DNA from: Nitrospirota bacterium
GTDB taxonomy: Bacteria; Nitrospirota; UBA9217
Assembly (NCBI GenBank): GCA_963796285.1
Contig: CAWCKW010000006.1
Span: 32,001 to 96,000, forward strand
Direction of reading: 5' to 3'
Length of the DNA: 64,000 nucleotides
How positions within the stretch are numbered: position 1 is the stretch's first letter; each line of letters opens with the position of its first letter. Shown here piece by piece: positions 22,834-33,519 of the stretch. The notes beneath the pieces are model-generated. The model was not told where the DNA came from. It made no database searches and saw only the letters and a program-made list of their open reading frames with translations. The translations under genes were made by a program, and so were the position numbers.

Positions 22834-23770
22834 ATGCTTGAGGCCACGGAAAAGATATGGATGAACGGACACGTTCGTGAAGTGGGACGATGCGAAGGTG
22901 CATGTACTTACGCACACGCTCCATTACGGGACCGGCGTGTTCGAAGGCATCCGCTGCTACAAGACCGATTCCGGTCCGGCCGTGTTCAGGCTGCAGGAGC
23001 ATGTTGGCCGGCTCTTCGACTCGACGCATATCCTTCAGATGGAGATGCCGTTCACGCGGGAGGCGGTGGCAGAAGCGATCCTCGAAACGATCCGCGTGAA
23101 CAAGATCGAGGCATGCTATATCCGTCCAATTGCGTTCCTGGGATACGGCGCCATGGGCATCTTTCCCAAAGAGAATCCGGTCCAGGTCTCGATCGCGGTC
23201 TGGCCCTGGGGCAGCTACCTCGGCGAAGAGGGGCTCAAGAACGGCATCCGCGTGAAGATCTCGTCCTTTAACCGGCCCCATGTGAACGCGACCATGGTCC
23301 GCTCCAAGACCACAGCGAACTATGCGAACTCGCTGCTTGCCAAGCGCGAAGCGCTGAAGGACGGCTACGATGAAGCCATGCTGCTCGATACCGACGGCTA
23401 CGTAGCCGAGGGAAGCGGTGAGAACGTGTTCATAGTACGGAAAGGCGTGATCAAAACGCCTCCGCTCACGTCCATTCTGGAAGGCATCACCCGTGACGCG
23501 ATCATACAGCTTGCTGCCGAGCGCGGAATGCGTCTCGTGGAAGAGCGGTTCACGCGGGACGAGCTCTATGTCGCCGATGAGGCGTTCTTCACCGGTACGG
23601 CAGCTGAGATCACGCCGATCCGTGAAGTGGACAACCGCCGCATCGGTGAAGGCAAGCCGGGACCGGTAACGAAGGAGCTGCAGTCCGCGTTCTTCGACAT
23701 CGTCCACGGCCGTGACAGCCGGCATGCGGATTGGCTCACCTTACGTTACTGCAGAAACAGCCGGCGATGA
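22834..23770 (+). CDS. ilvE: Branched-chain amino acid aminotransferase (frameshift near 22875)
   Basis: [36 protein letters not shown]; promoter TTGACA-17-TATAAA at 22797..22825. Confidence 0.93.
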
Positions 23771-23795
23771 ATAAATAAACATGTTTTCAACAAGT

Positions 23796-23880
23796 GCCGA
23801 AGTGGTGGAACTGGTAGACACGCACGTTTGAGGGGCGTGTGGGGCAACCCATGGGGGTTCGAGTCCCCCCTTCGGCACCA
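23796..23880 (+). tRNA. tRNA-Leu(GAG)
   Basis: GCCGAAG/CTTCGGC-A-CCA acceptor; anticodon loop TTGAGGG; long variable arm. Confidence 0.96.
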
Positions 23881-23942
23881 TTTTTTTCGTACCGCACAGC
23901 ATGCAAGCGCAGTACTCCCTCTCGCAGTCCTGAATCGACCTG

Positions 23943-25558
23943 ATGAAAAAACAATTCGCCATACTGCTGCTCTGTTGTTTCGCTGTTCTCGTTCCCGTCG
24001 CTGGCTCCGGTCAGGAGCCTGGCAACGGCGATCTGGGGATCGTGTCCGCTCCGCTCGCAAATGTGCATGCAGACGGTCCGGCGTCGAGGTCCAGGCTGGA
24101 AACGCAGGTGCTCATGGGCGATGAGGTGCGGATCCTGGAAAAACAGGACAATCGCTACCGGGTGACAATCCCGAACCAGGAAAACCGGGAGGGCTGGATC
24201 CAGCAGGAAGCGGTCCACATCCCGAAGGACAAAGGCCGCTCCTATCTGAACGCAAACCGGCAGTGGATCGTTATTACGGCCCCGAAGGCCGAGGCCATGA
24301 TCCTGGACAGGACCGGTGACCACAAGGTTTCGCTGTATGCGCGGCACGCGGCTGCCGGTGATCCAGACAACCGAAACGAGCCACAAGGTCCAGTTCCCCG
24401 ACCAGTCGGTTGCGATCATCGATGTTTCGGAAGCCATGCCCGCGAAGCCCTCTGATCCCGTCATAAACGATACAAAGCCCGAGGAGATCGCAAAGACAGC
24501 AAAGCAGTTCCTGAACGTGCGGCACCTGGCGCGGCGGAATTTCCGAGCAGGGCATGGACATCAGCGGTCTGATCTATCTCACCTACCGGATCCACGGCGT
24601 CTTGCTCAGTACGGACCATACCTCGTTCAAAAGCAAGGCCGAACGTGTATCGAAGAAGGATCTCGAGCCCGGCGACATCCTCGTTTTTTATGGTGATAAC
24701 CTCGGCCTGTACCTGGGGAACGGTCGGTTTATCCAGATCCCCAATAAAAAAGCCGCGCAGTTCGCCGGGATCCACGATCGGCGGTTCGTCAACTCCCTCC
24801 AGTACGGTCTTCGGATTATCGGCTCCGGGCAGCCGGACGAGAAGAAGAACATGGCTGCAATGACGGCCGATGATATCCTGCTTGCACAGGCGCGGCTGGC
24901 GAAACTCCCGCTGAACAAGCGGATTGCCTCCTGGGCCGGCCGCTTTATCGGCACACCCTATGATCCAGACCCCCTCGGCCTCTATGTGCGCACCAACCGC
25001 ATCGTGGCTGACGAAAAGGTCGATTGCATGTATCTTACCTTCCGCTCGGTAGAGCTCGCTCAAGCCAGCACGCCCGGCGCGGCCATTGACCGGGCGCTCA
25101 ACCTGCGGTTCATCACCCAGGGCAGGGTCCAGGATGGCCTTGTCACGAACTACGACCAGCGCTTTCAGTACGGCGAGGACATGGTCATGAGCGCCAAGTG
25201 GGGCAGGAACATCACCGCCGACCTTGGCGCGACCAGGCAGATCGCGGGCTCGCGCGGCAGAGACGTAGTCGACATCCTGCCGAAAAATGTCCTGGCGACG
25301 CAGGCACTCCAAAAGAAGCTCCAGGACGGCGATATCATCTACTGGGTCAAGGACCCGCAGAAGCGCGTGGTTGAGGAGATCGTGGCCCACCTCTCAATCG
25401 TCCGTATCAAGTCCGGCAAGCCGTATTTGATCCATGCCGCAGGCGATAAGGACCGGCAGGACAGGCCCGGTGGCGGCGTCGTGAAGGAAGTGCCCTTTGC
25501 CGACTATGTCCGGAGCATGCGGTTCATCGGCGCCTTCGTCACGCGGTTCGAGCAGTAG
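23943..25558 (+). CDS. Secreted SH3 + NlpC/P60-like + DUF1460-like amidase fusion (frameshifted)
   Basis: Signal peptide; SH3b ([13 protein letters not shown]); NlpC-like GMDISGL...PGDILVF; C-terminal FIGTPY, VDCMYLT, H and IHA typical of DUF1460. Confidence 0.7.
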
Positions 25559-25645
25559 CCTTCCTGAAGCCACTCGTTCTTAACGTACTTCACGAACCGC
25601 CATCTTGAATTTTGAGTCAAATTTTATCAAAACCTAAACCAATTT

Positions 25646-25719
25646 TCACACGAAGCCACAAAGCCGCAAAGAAAAGAATTTATTTTTATCCTTCTTCGTG
25701 TCTTCGTGCCTTTGTGTGA
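25646..25719. repeat. Inverted element of three 8-nt units
   Basis: tcacacgaag-ccacaaag-ccgcaaag ... cttcgtgt-cttcgtgc-ctttgtgtga. Confidence 0.65.
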
Positions 25720-25877
25720 GGCCGGTTTCAACTTTTTGGTTCATGCTTCATGGTTTGAGGCATTGCTTCGTTAATATTATATTCAGTTTGACTTTTCCGC
25801 GGCTTCTCTGCTATTCTCTGCTGTAAATCATCTTTCCAAACCCCGAACCCTGAACTCTGAACTCATCAAGGAGCCCT

Positions 25878-27411
25878 ATGCTCTCCAAGGTCATCAGCGC
25901 GGCGGTGCTCGGTATCGACGCCTATCCGGTTGAGGTTGAAGTTGACATCGCGAGCAGGGGGCTTCCCTTTTTCTCCACCGTGGGCCTTCCCGACGCGGCC
26001 GTGAAAGAGAGCAAGGAGCGGGTGCGCGCCGCGCTCAAGAACACGGGCTTCGATTTCCCCTTGAAACAGGTCGTCGTGAACCTCGCGCCCGCTGACATCA
26101 AGAAAGAAGGGTCCGCCTTCGACCTGCCCATCGCCATCGGCATGCTGATCGCCGAAGGCGTGCTCACGCAGGAGATGGTGAGCGGCTATCTGATCGTGGG
26201 CGAGCTCTCGCTCGACGGCAGGGTAAAGTCCGTGCGGGGCGCGCTCTCCATGGCCGTGCTTGCGAAGAAGGCCGGGTACCGGGGCATGGTGCATCCCCGC
26301 GGACAACGCGCAGGAAGCGGCGGTCGTCGAGTCTGTCAAGATCTTCGGCATGCAGACGCTGCCGCAGGTGGTGGAGTTTCTCATCGGCAAGGCGGCGGTC
26401 GAACCGGTGAACATCAATATACAGAATGCCTTCGAAACCTACTCCGCGTATCAGGAAGACTTCTCCGAGGTACGGGGACAGGAACACGCCAAGCGAGCCA
26501 TCGAGGTCGCGGCAGCGGGCGGGCACAACATCATCATGATCGGGCCGCCGGGCTCGGGCAAGACCATGCTCGCGCGGCGTCTTCCCTCGGTCCTTCCCCA
26601 GATGAGCTTCGATGAGTCCATTGAAACGACGAAGATCCACAGCATCATGGGTCTGCTCAAAAAAGGCCAGCCGCTTATCGCCACACGGCCCTATCGTTCG
26701 CCGCATCACACGATATCCGATGCAGGTCTGATCGGCGGCGGCCAGATCCCGAAGCCGGGCGAAGTGAGCCTGTCGCACAACGGCATTCTTTTTCTTGACG
26801 AGCTGCCGGAGTTCAAACGGAACGTGCTCGAAGCCCTCCGCCAGCCGCTCGAGGACGGCCAGGTCACGATCTCACGCGCCATCACGTCGCTCACCTATCC
26901 CGCATCACTGATGCTGGTCGCCGCCATGAACCCCTGCAAGTGCGGGAACTGGGGCGATCCTGCACATCAATGTCAATGCACTCCTCATCAGGTTCAGACC
27001 TACCGATCACGCGTGTCCGGCCCGCTCATGGACCGGATCGACATCCACATCGAAGTGCCGGCCATCAAATTCAATGAAATCTCTTCCGACAAGCCGGCTG
27101 AGGCGTCATCAGCGATCCGCGAGCGGGTCACCAGGGCGCGGGCCATCCAGTATGATCGTTTCAAGAGCGACGGCATCTACGCAAACGCGCACATGAAGCC
27201 GCGGCATATTCGGAAGTATTGCAAGATCGACGAAGACTCGCTCAATCTGATGGAAAAGGCCATGAACCGGCTGGGCCTTTCGGCGCGGGCGTATAATCGC
27301 ATTCTCAAAGTAGCGAGAACGATCGCGGATATCGAGGGTAGCGAGAAGATCGCGACCGAACATATATCCGAGGCGATCCAGTACCGGAGTCTGGATAGAA
27401 GAATGAGCTGA
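25878..27411 (+). CDS. comM: YifB/ComM Mg-chelatase-like AAA+ ATPase (frameshift near 26290)
   Basis: [56 protein letters not shown]. Confidence 0.93.
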
Positions 27412-27722
27412 TACGATTGCAAAAGCTTGATTCATCGAAAAAACACTCTATCCTGAAACGGAGAGCGGTCATTGATGCTGTAACTGCCTTACCAATAACA
27501 ATACGCCATATCATCCCCCCTCCCGATACATAGCTGATTTCGTTACCCGAGATTGCGATTTCAAATGACACATATTGCATCTTTGTGAAATTCATAATCT
27601 GCGGCTTTCTGGTATACTCCTCAATAGTTCCTTTTGATGATCCTTATCTATTGCAACGGTTCAAGTCTATATAAGCGAAGTTCTTTTTTATATTGCGGCG
27701 AACTACCAATGGGAGGTGCGGA

Positions 27723-28424
27723 ATGACAAAGAAAACGGCATTCTGGATTTTTTTCTTCGGCACGGTTTCCTCGGCAGTCCTATTCCTGGGGCTGACGTGG
27801 GACACCCATCGCCAGATCGAGACGCTGTCCCATGTGGACAAGCTGTCCGACAAGGTGGTGGAAGGGAAAAGAACATTCGAGAAGTACAACTGCAATGACT
27901 GCCATACGATCCTGGGGTTCGGGGCTTACTATGCCCCTGATCTCACGAAGGTCGTCCAGCGCATTGGCGAGGATGGCATCCGGATCCGCATAAAAGATCC
28001 GGAGAAGGCCTTGGCCGCCTCGTGGCGCAAGATGCCGAATCTGAAGGTCTCGGACGCCGAGATCGACAATCTCATTGCGTTCTTTACCTGGGTCGGGAAC
28101 ATCGATAACGGAGACTGGCCTCCCCAGGACAGCAAGAAGCGCCTCTCCCGCAGCGAAGAGCGAATGGTCGCGAGTGTTGGGATTTCGCCAGGCGCCGCGG
28201 TCTTTCAATCGCGGGGATGCATGAACTGCCATTCCTTGCACGGGACCGGAGGGACCTTCGGTCCGGCACTGGATACGATCGGCCGGAAGCTGAGCATGGA
28301 GCAGATCGAACATTACATCAAGAATCCCAAGGCAGTGAACCCCAAAGCCATGATGCCGGCCCAGACGACACTCTCCGAAAAAGAGTTCAAAGAAGTCGCC
28401 GGGTTCCTGGCGAATTTAAAATAG
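27723..28424 (+). CDS. norC: Nitric oxide reductase subunit C with an extra C-terminal cytochrome c domain
   Basis: N-terminal TM; CNDCHTILG.GAYYAPDLT (NorC); second CMNCH...GPAL...MP domain; directly upstream of norB. Confidence 0.85.
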   Translation: MTKKTAFWIFFFGTVSSAVLFLGLTWDTHRQIETLSHVDKLSDKVVEGKRTFEKYNCNDCHTILGFGAYYAPDLTKVVQRIGEDGIRIRIKDPEKALAASWRKMPNLKVSDAEIDNLIAFFTWVGNIDNGDWPPQDSKKRLSRSEERMVASVGISPGAAVFQSRGCMNCHSLHGTGGTFGPALDTIGRKLSMEQIEHYIKNPKAVNPKAMMPAQTTLSEKEFKEVAGFLANLK

Positions 28425-28430
28425 GAGGAT

Positions 28431-29766
28431 ATGATGGAATACCGCTCACAGAAAATAGCATACTGGTATTTTGCCATTGCCCTGCTCCTGTTCACGCTCC
28501 AGGTTGTCATGGGACTCTGGCTTGCATTCAGTTACAGCTTTACCGTGCCGCAGTGGATCGTGGATAAATTCTCCTTTGCCACGGCGCGCGCCATGCACAC
28601 CAACCTGCTTGTGCTCTGGATGCTTCTCGGGTTCATGGGAGGCACGTACTACATCGTACCCGAGGAGACAAAGAGCGAAATTTATTCAACGAAGCTCGCC
28701 TGGTTCCAGCTTCTCGCCCTGGTCGCTACGGGGGTAGTTGCTCTCGTGGGTTTTATCTTCGGTTGGACACAGGGACGCCCGCTTCTGGAAATACCGACGT
28801 CACTCGATCTCGTTGTGGTCGTGGGCGCGCTTGTATTCCTGTTCAATGTCGGCATGACCATGTACCTGGCGAAGCGCTGGACCGTGATTCAGGGCACCCT
28901 CCTCGGCGGACTGCTCTTTCTGGCGCTCCTGTATCTCTTCGGTATACCGTTTTACAGGAATGAGGTCATTGACTGGTACTACTGGTGGTGGGTCATCCAT
29001 CTCTGGGTTGAAGGCGCCTGGGAACTTGTCACCGCCGCTATCTTCGCGTTCGTCCTGATGAAGCTCACCGGCGTGGACCGGCAGGTTGTGGAGAAGTGGC
29101 TCTACGTGGAGATCGGTCTCTTCCTCTTTACCGGGATCGTCGGCACCGGCCATCATTACTACTGGATCGGCGCGCCCAAGTACTGGCTGTGGTTCGGAGG
29201 GATATTCTCGGCACTTGAGCCGCTTCCGATACTGCTGATGCTCATAGACACCATGAACCATGTGAAGGAGCGCAAGCTGGAGATTAAGAACCGGCTCACC
29301 TGGACCATCGCGATCGGCTGCGCGGTGATGCACATGATCGGCGCCGGGGTATGGGGCTTCATGCACACCCTGCCGCAGATCAACTACTACACACACGGCT
29401 CACAGGTCACGGTTTCGCACGGCCATCTCGCGTTCTTCGGGGCCTATGCGCTGTTGAACATCATGGTCTTCTATTACGCCATGCCGAAGATCAAGGGGAT
29501 CGAGGTCTACGATGCCATCGCGCGGTAAAGTGGCATTCTGGACCATGTCCACTGCCATGATGCTGATGGGGATCTCCTTCGGCATCGCCGGTGTCGTCCA
29601 GTCCTATATCGAGCGGGTGCTCGGCATGGGTTATATGGTCGCCCAGTCCTACATGCGGCTCTGGCTGGGAGTGACGTTCTTTCTCGGCCTCTGTTTCTTC
29701 GCTGGACTGTTGATCATGGTAACGGATCTTCTGACCCTGCGACCGGCGCGGAAGACAGCCGAGTGA
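28431..29766 (+). CDS. norB: Nitric oxide reductase large subunit, cNOR (frameshift near 29515)
   Basis: HTNL, WWWVIHLWVEGAWE, GTGHHYYWIG, SALEPLP, HGHLAFFGAY. Confidence 0.93.
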
Positions 29767-29893
29767 AGCATACGTGGTAGTCGTGAGTAAAAAAGGTCAC
29801 AATGAAGGACATCAGGGAGGCAGTGACCATGAAAGAAGGATTGTCCGAAGCGCGCTTTGCACGTGAGTGGGATTTTGTTATAGTTATTTACAG

Positions 29894-29928
29894 AAAAAAA
29901 CGGGACCTCCCGTTCCTGGAGGTCCCGT
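29894..29928 (-). terminator. Intrinsic terminator
   Basis: A-run followed by the ACGGGACCTCC/GGAGGTCCCGT stem, downstream of the minus-strand gene. Confidence 0.65.
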
Positions 29929-29950
29929 CGTATAAAGCTGATATGCCTTC

Positions 29951-30499
29951 CTATCTCCCGTAATACGAGATCAAAGAAGCTTTCTCGATGGCATGCCCGT
30001 TCAGCATGAACCCAACGAGTGCGGCATTGGCCTTTTCATCCAGATCGAGTTTTGGTACGTCCAGGGCGAAAACCGTGAAGACATAGCGATGCGGCTTGTC
30101 GCCCTGAGGAGGGCACGCGCCGCCGAACCCCGGCTTGCCGTAGTCCGTCATGCTCTGCACGCTGCCTTTCGGCGCCAGGTTCTTTTGCGGGTTCCCGGCG
30201 TCGGTCACGAGCCCAGTTATGTCTGCGGGGATATTGAAGATCACCCAGTGCCACCAGCCGCTTCCTGTGGGCGCGTCAGGATCATAAACAGTGATCGCGA
30301 AGCTCTTCGTGTTTTTCGGCGCGTTCATCCACTTAAGCTGCGGTGAGATGTTTTTTCCTGTGCAGCCAAATCCCGAGTAGACCTGGTCGTTGGTCAGCTG
30401 CCCGCCGATCTGATCGCTTTTCAAGGTGAAGTCCTCGGCGCCGGCGATATTGACACACAAAAACAAGGCTAATCCTGTTGCTAGAAACATCTTTTTCAT
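29951..30499 (-). CDS. YbhB/YbcL (PEBP) family protein
   Basis: SPQLKW, YDPDAPTGSGWWHW, GACPP..HRYVFTVFAL; signal peptide. Confidence 0.93.
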   Translation of the reverse strand: MKKMFLATGLALFLCVNIAGAEDFTLKSDQIGGQLTNDQVYSGFGCTGKNISPQLKWMNAPKNTKSFAITVYDPDAPTGSGWWHWVIFNIPADITGLVTDAGNPQKNLAPKGSVQSMTDYGKPGFGGACPPQGDKPHRYVFTVFALDVPKLDLDEKANAALVGFMLNGHAIEKASLISYYGR

Positions 30500-31159
30500 A
30501 GTACTTCTCCTTTCCAGGGTGTAATTAAGATCAAGTGTACATTCCAGTGCAGTAACAGGTGATAGGATGATTATACCACGGCCAATAGAACCATAACGGA
30601 TAAGTGAGAATGCCATTGTTGCTGATCCATCGACCCCCAGTTGTTACATTTGCACCTCGATCCTTACTGACGATACATGACCCTATCTTCTTCAACCCCT
30701 CGTAATGGTTCTGATCAAAAGGAATACTCAAATTGCACGGATATCATCGATTAAATCAAAACTGACTTACAAGGTTAGAATCATCGCCTATCAACGAAAT
30801 CTGCGGATTGATCGTTATTCTAAAGTGTGAAAGCTGTGCATCAGGCAGAATCATTGTGGATTTACAATTCAACTTGAAAACCTAATTAAAATATAATTTT
30901 ATCAATTAGTTACGCATTCCACCTCCGCTAAAATCCGTCACGCCTCCGAGTAGGTTGCGCTTGGGATTTCAGTTGCAACGGGTGACCAATTAACGTGGCC
31001 GGCCAATGTCCTGTCATTTGACAATAAATCTTCAACCGAGTAAAGTGCACATTGCGGGTCATTCATGACGCATGACCCTCCCCCTTTTATGGGGGCTGTT
31101 ATGAGCTGAATTATTTGCGAAAGGAAGCATAATCCGCAAATAACACCAAATATTACAAT

Positions 31160-31807
31160 ATGATGACTCCTAGGGAATTATTACATAGCGGCGCAAAAGA
31201 TCTTGGCATTTCTCTGACCATCGAACAGATCAATTCGGTATTCATCTATCTGGCGGAACTTAAAAAGTGGAACCAGAAGATCAACCTCACTGCCATCAGG
31301 GACGAGGAGGATATTATTATCAAACATGTGCTGGATTCTCTCTCGTACATCCTCGGCTTCACCCCCGCGCCGGGACTGCGACTGCTTGACATGGGGACAG
31401 GAGCGGGCTTTCCAGCGCTGCCGATCAAGATCGCCTATCCCGGACTGTCGATCACCATGGTCGATTCAATAAAAAAGAAAGCCTCCTTCCTGCGCCATAT
31501 CATCAGGACCCTCAAGCTTACGGAAACCGAGGTTTGCGATACGAGGGCAGAAGAACTTCCTGTTTCGCTCCACTCGACTTTCGATGTTGTCACTGCCCGT
31601 GCCTTTGCAGACATGAAGTCAGCCATCGCTACGGGACTGCCCTTGCTCAGGCCGGGCGGGCTCATGGTCCTCAGCAGGGGACCGGAAGAGACGATCAACG
31701 AACAGGACCTGGCTAAGACAGGCGTCTCGTTGGAACGCCGAATCGATCTAACCCTTCCGCATTCGAATTATCAAAGGGCTATCTGGGTATTTAAAAAGAT
31801 TGGTTGA
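31160..31807 (+). CDS. rsmG: 16S rRNA m7G527 methyltransferase
   Basis: WNQKINLTAI, HVLDSL, DMGTGAGFP, TARAF. Confidence 0.95.
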   Translation: MMTPRELLHSGAKDLGISLTIEQINSVFIYLAELKKWNQKINLTAIRDEEDIIIKHVLDSLSYILGFTPAPGLRLLDMGTGAGFPALPIKIAYPGLSITMVDSIKKKASFLRHIIRTLKLTETEVCDTRAEELPVSLHSTFDVVTARAFADMKSAIATGLPLLRPGGLMVLSRGPEETINEQDLAKTGVSLERRIDLTLPHSNYQRAIWVFKKIG

Positions 31808-31880
31808 ACCACAAAGGGTTCACCTCAGATGTGTCAGAGAGGGGAGTGTATTTGATTAGACCTGTGCTAAAGGTTGAGAT

Positions 31881-31896
31881 TGTTCCACGTGGAACA
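31881..31896. promoter_or_regulatory. parS: parS centromere-like site
   Basis: Perfect palindrome TGTTCCACGTGGAACA. Confidence 0.9.
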
Positions 31897-32081
31897 TTAC
31901 GTGCGATAGGTTTATTCAAAAGGATCAAAATCCTGTACAATGGGACATATAAAAAACATTAAGGCACGATAATTCACTAGGTCTATTTCTGCACAAGATC
32001 ATCAGGATTTGCGGATGGATTATCTACCGTTTCAGTGTGATATGTGGATTATTTTCTATATTATTGAAAAATAATCATTAA

Positions 32082-33173
32082 TTGGCTGTGACCGGAAAGA
32101 TTATTATGTTGGAAGGCTCACTAAGAATACCTCAAGAATGGCGCGAGAGCGCTGAAGAGATCGCTTTCCATGGCGGGCCGGCACTTGTCATCGGCGCGCC
32201 GGGATCGGGCAAAACAACATTCTGCCTCTATCTTGCCGGCCTTTTCTGCAGATCCGGTAAAAAGGTCGTTTTTATCGATGCGGATCCGGGTCAGCCCTTC
32301 ATCGGCCCGCCGGCAGTGATTTCGCTTACGGCCTATACCGATGCAACAGATCTGCTGAAGCGCACGAACCCGATGATCATGAGCTTTGTCGGCAACACTT
32401 CGCCCGTCGGCCGCCTGCTTGAGATGATCTCGGGTCTCCAGAAATTGTACGCGCTGGCACAGTCGCTCGAGCCCGGTCTGGTCCTTATCAATACCTGCGG
32501 ACTCGTGAATGGCGGCGCTGCACGCGAGCTCAAATTCCATGAGATCGACATGCTTTCTCCCCGCTCGGTGATCGCCCTGCAGAAGGGGACCGAGGTCGAG
32601 CATCTGCTCGCCCCGCATGCGCACCGGGCCGGATTGATCATTCACCGCCTCCCCATATCGCCCGACGCGCGGATTTCGACCGCGGAAGCGCGGCGTGCCT
32701 CCCGGGAACTTCGCTTTAAGCAGTATTTCCGGGGCGGGGACTTTCAGGAGATCGCGCTCCATGACGTCGGGATCCACGGCTCAGGCCTGGGCACCGGCGA
32801 GCGTCTGGGCTTCCGGGACATCAACCAACTTTCGAAGATCTTTCAGGCGATCGTGATCCATGCCGAGTTGTCCGCTGACAGGCTCTTTCTGATCATTGAG
32901 GGGGAATATGTGGAAGATGAGCTCTACACGGCAAAGGAACAGTACAAGGTCCGGGAGGTCATGGTCGTTAAACGGTCAGAGCTGGACCACCTGCTCGTGG
33001 GGCTGAATGATGACCGCAACCTCTGCCATGGCCTCGGAATCCTGCGCACCATCGATCTGAAGGAACTGTCCATCCGGGTAATAACCCCGCTCCGGGACAT
33101 TTCCGGGGTACGGCATATATCGCTCGGGTCGCTCCGCGTCAGCCCTGCCGGAGGAGAACTGGGGCAAGTATAG
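32082..33173 (+). CDS. Clp1/Grc3/Nol9-like polynucleotide 5'-hydroxyl kinase
   Basis: Walker A GAPGSGKTT, DADPGQ..IGPP, INTCG, lid R..R (RRASRELRF), terminal LGSLR. Confidence 0.8.
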   Translation: MAVTGKIIMLEGSLRIPQEWRESAEEIAFHGGPALVIGAPGSGKTTFCLYLAGLFCRSGKKVVFIDADPGQPFIGPPAVISLTAYTDATDLLKRTNPMIMSFVGNTSPVGRLLEMISGLQKLYALAQSLEPGLVLINTCGLVNGGAARELKFHEIDMLSPRSVIALQKGTEVEHLLAPHAHRAGLIIHRLPISPDARISTAEARRASRELRFKQYFRGGDFQEIALHDVGIHGSGLGTGERLGFRDINQLSKIFQAIVIHAELSADRLFLIIEGEYVEDELYTAKEQYKVREVMVVKRSELDHLLVGLNDDRNLCHGLGILRTIDLKELSIRVITPLRDISGVRHISLGSLRVSPAGGELGQV

Positions 33174-33178
33174 TCCGA

Positions 33179-33194
33179 TGTTCCACGTGGAACA
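33179..33194. promoter_or_regulatory. parS: parS site
   Basis: TGTTCCACGTGGAACA, 5 nt after the Clp1-like stop codon. Confidence 0.9.
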
Positions 33195-33426
33195 TTACTG
33201 TATGCGTTCGCTGACACGGGTGCGCATGACAGTACCAGTGGCAACATCAGGCTCTCAAGGCTCAATGAACAACAGACACAGTATGTTCTGATATGCTTTC
33301 GTTTTTATACACAGGAGTTAATCCGCAGTTATCCGTTGTTTCTCTGTGAAACCTTATTTATTCTTCCCACTCATTTTTCCGCAATATAACCCCACCTCTC
33401 AAATAGAGTTAAAATAAAACAACTGT

Positions 33427-33469
33427 TATGACCAATATCATATGCTTCTCCTTCCGCCTCCCGTATAAT
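33427..33469 (+). promoter_or_regulatory. CRP/FNR-family (HcpR-like) box and -10 element of hcp
   Basis: TATGA-N6-TCATA palindrome (33427..33442), centred 41.5 nt upstream of the start implied by TATAAT at 33464..33469. Confidence 0.65.
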
Positions 33470-33519
33470 CGGACCACATCAACGATAGACGATGTAATTT
33501 ATTCCTTGAGGAGGATACT

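Noticed and set aside
30600-33420. oriC near rsmG/parS (IHF-like TATCAATTAGTTA at 30900, DnaA box TTATACACA at 33305, a few mismatched boxes)
   Set aside because: Only one perfect DnaA box, no clustered array, no dnaA, and gene orientation does not switch here.
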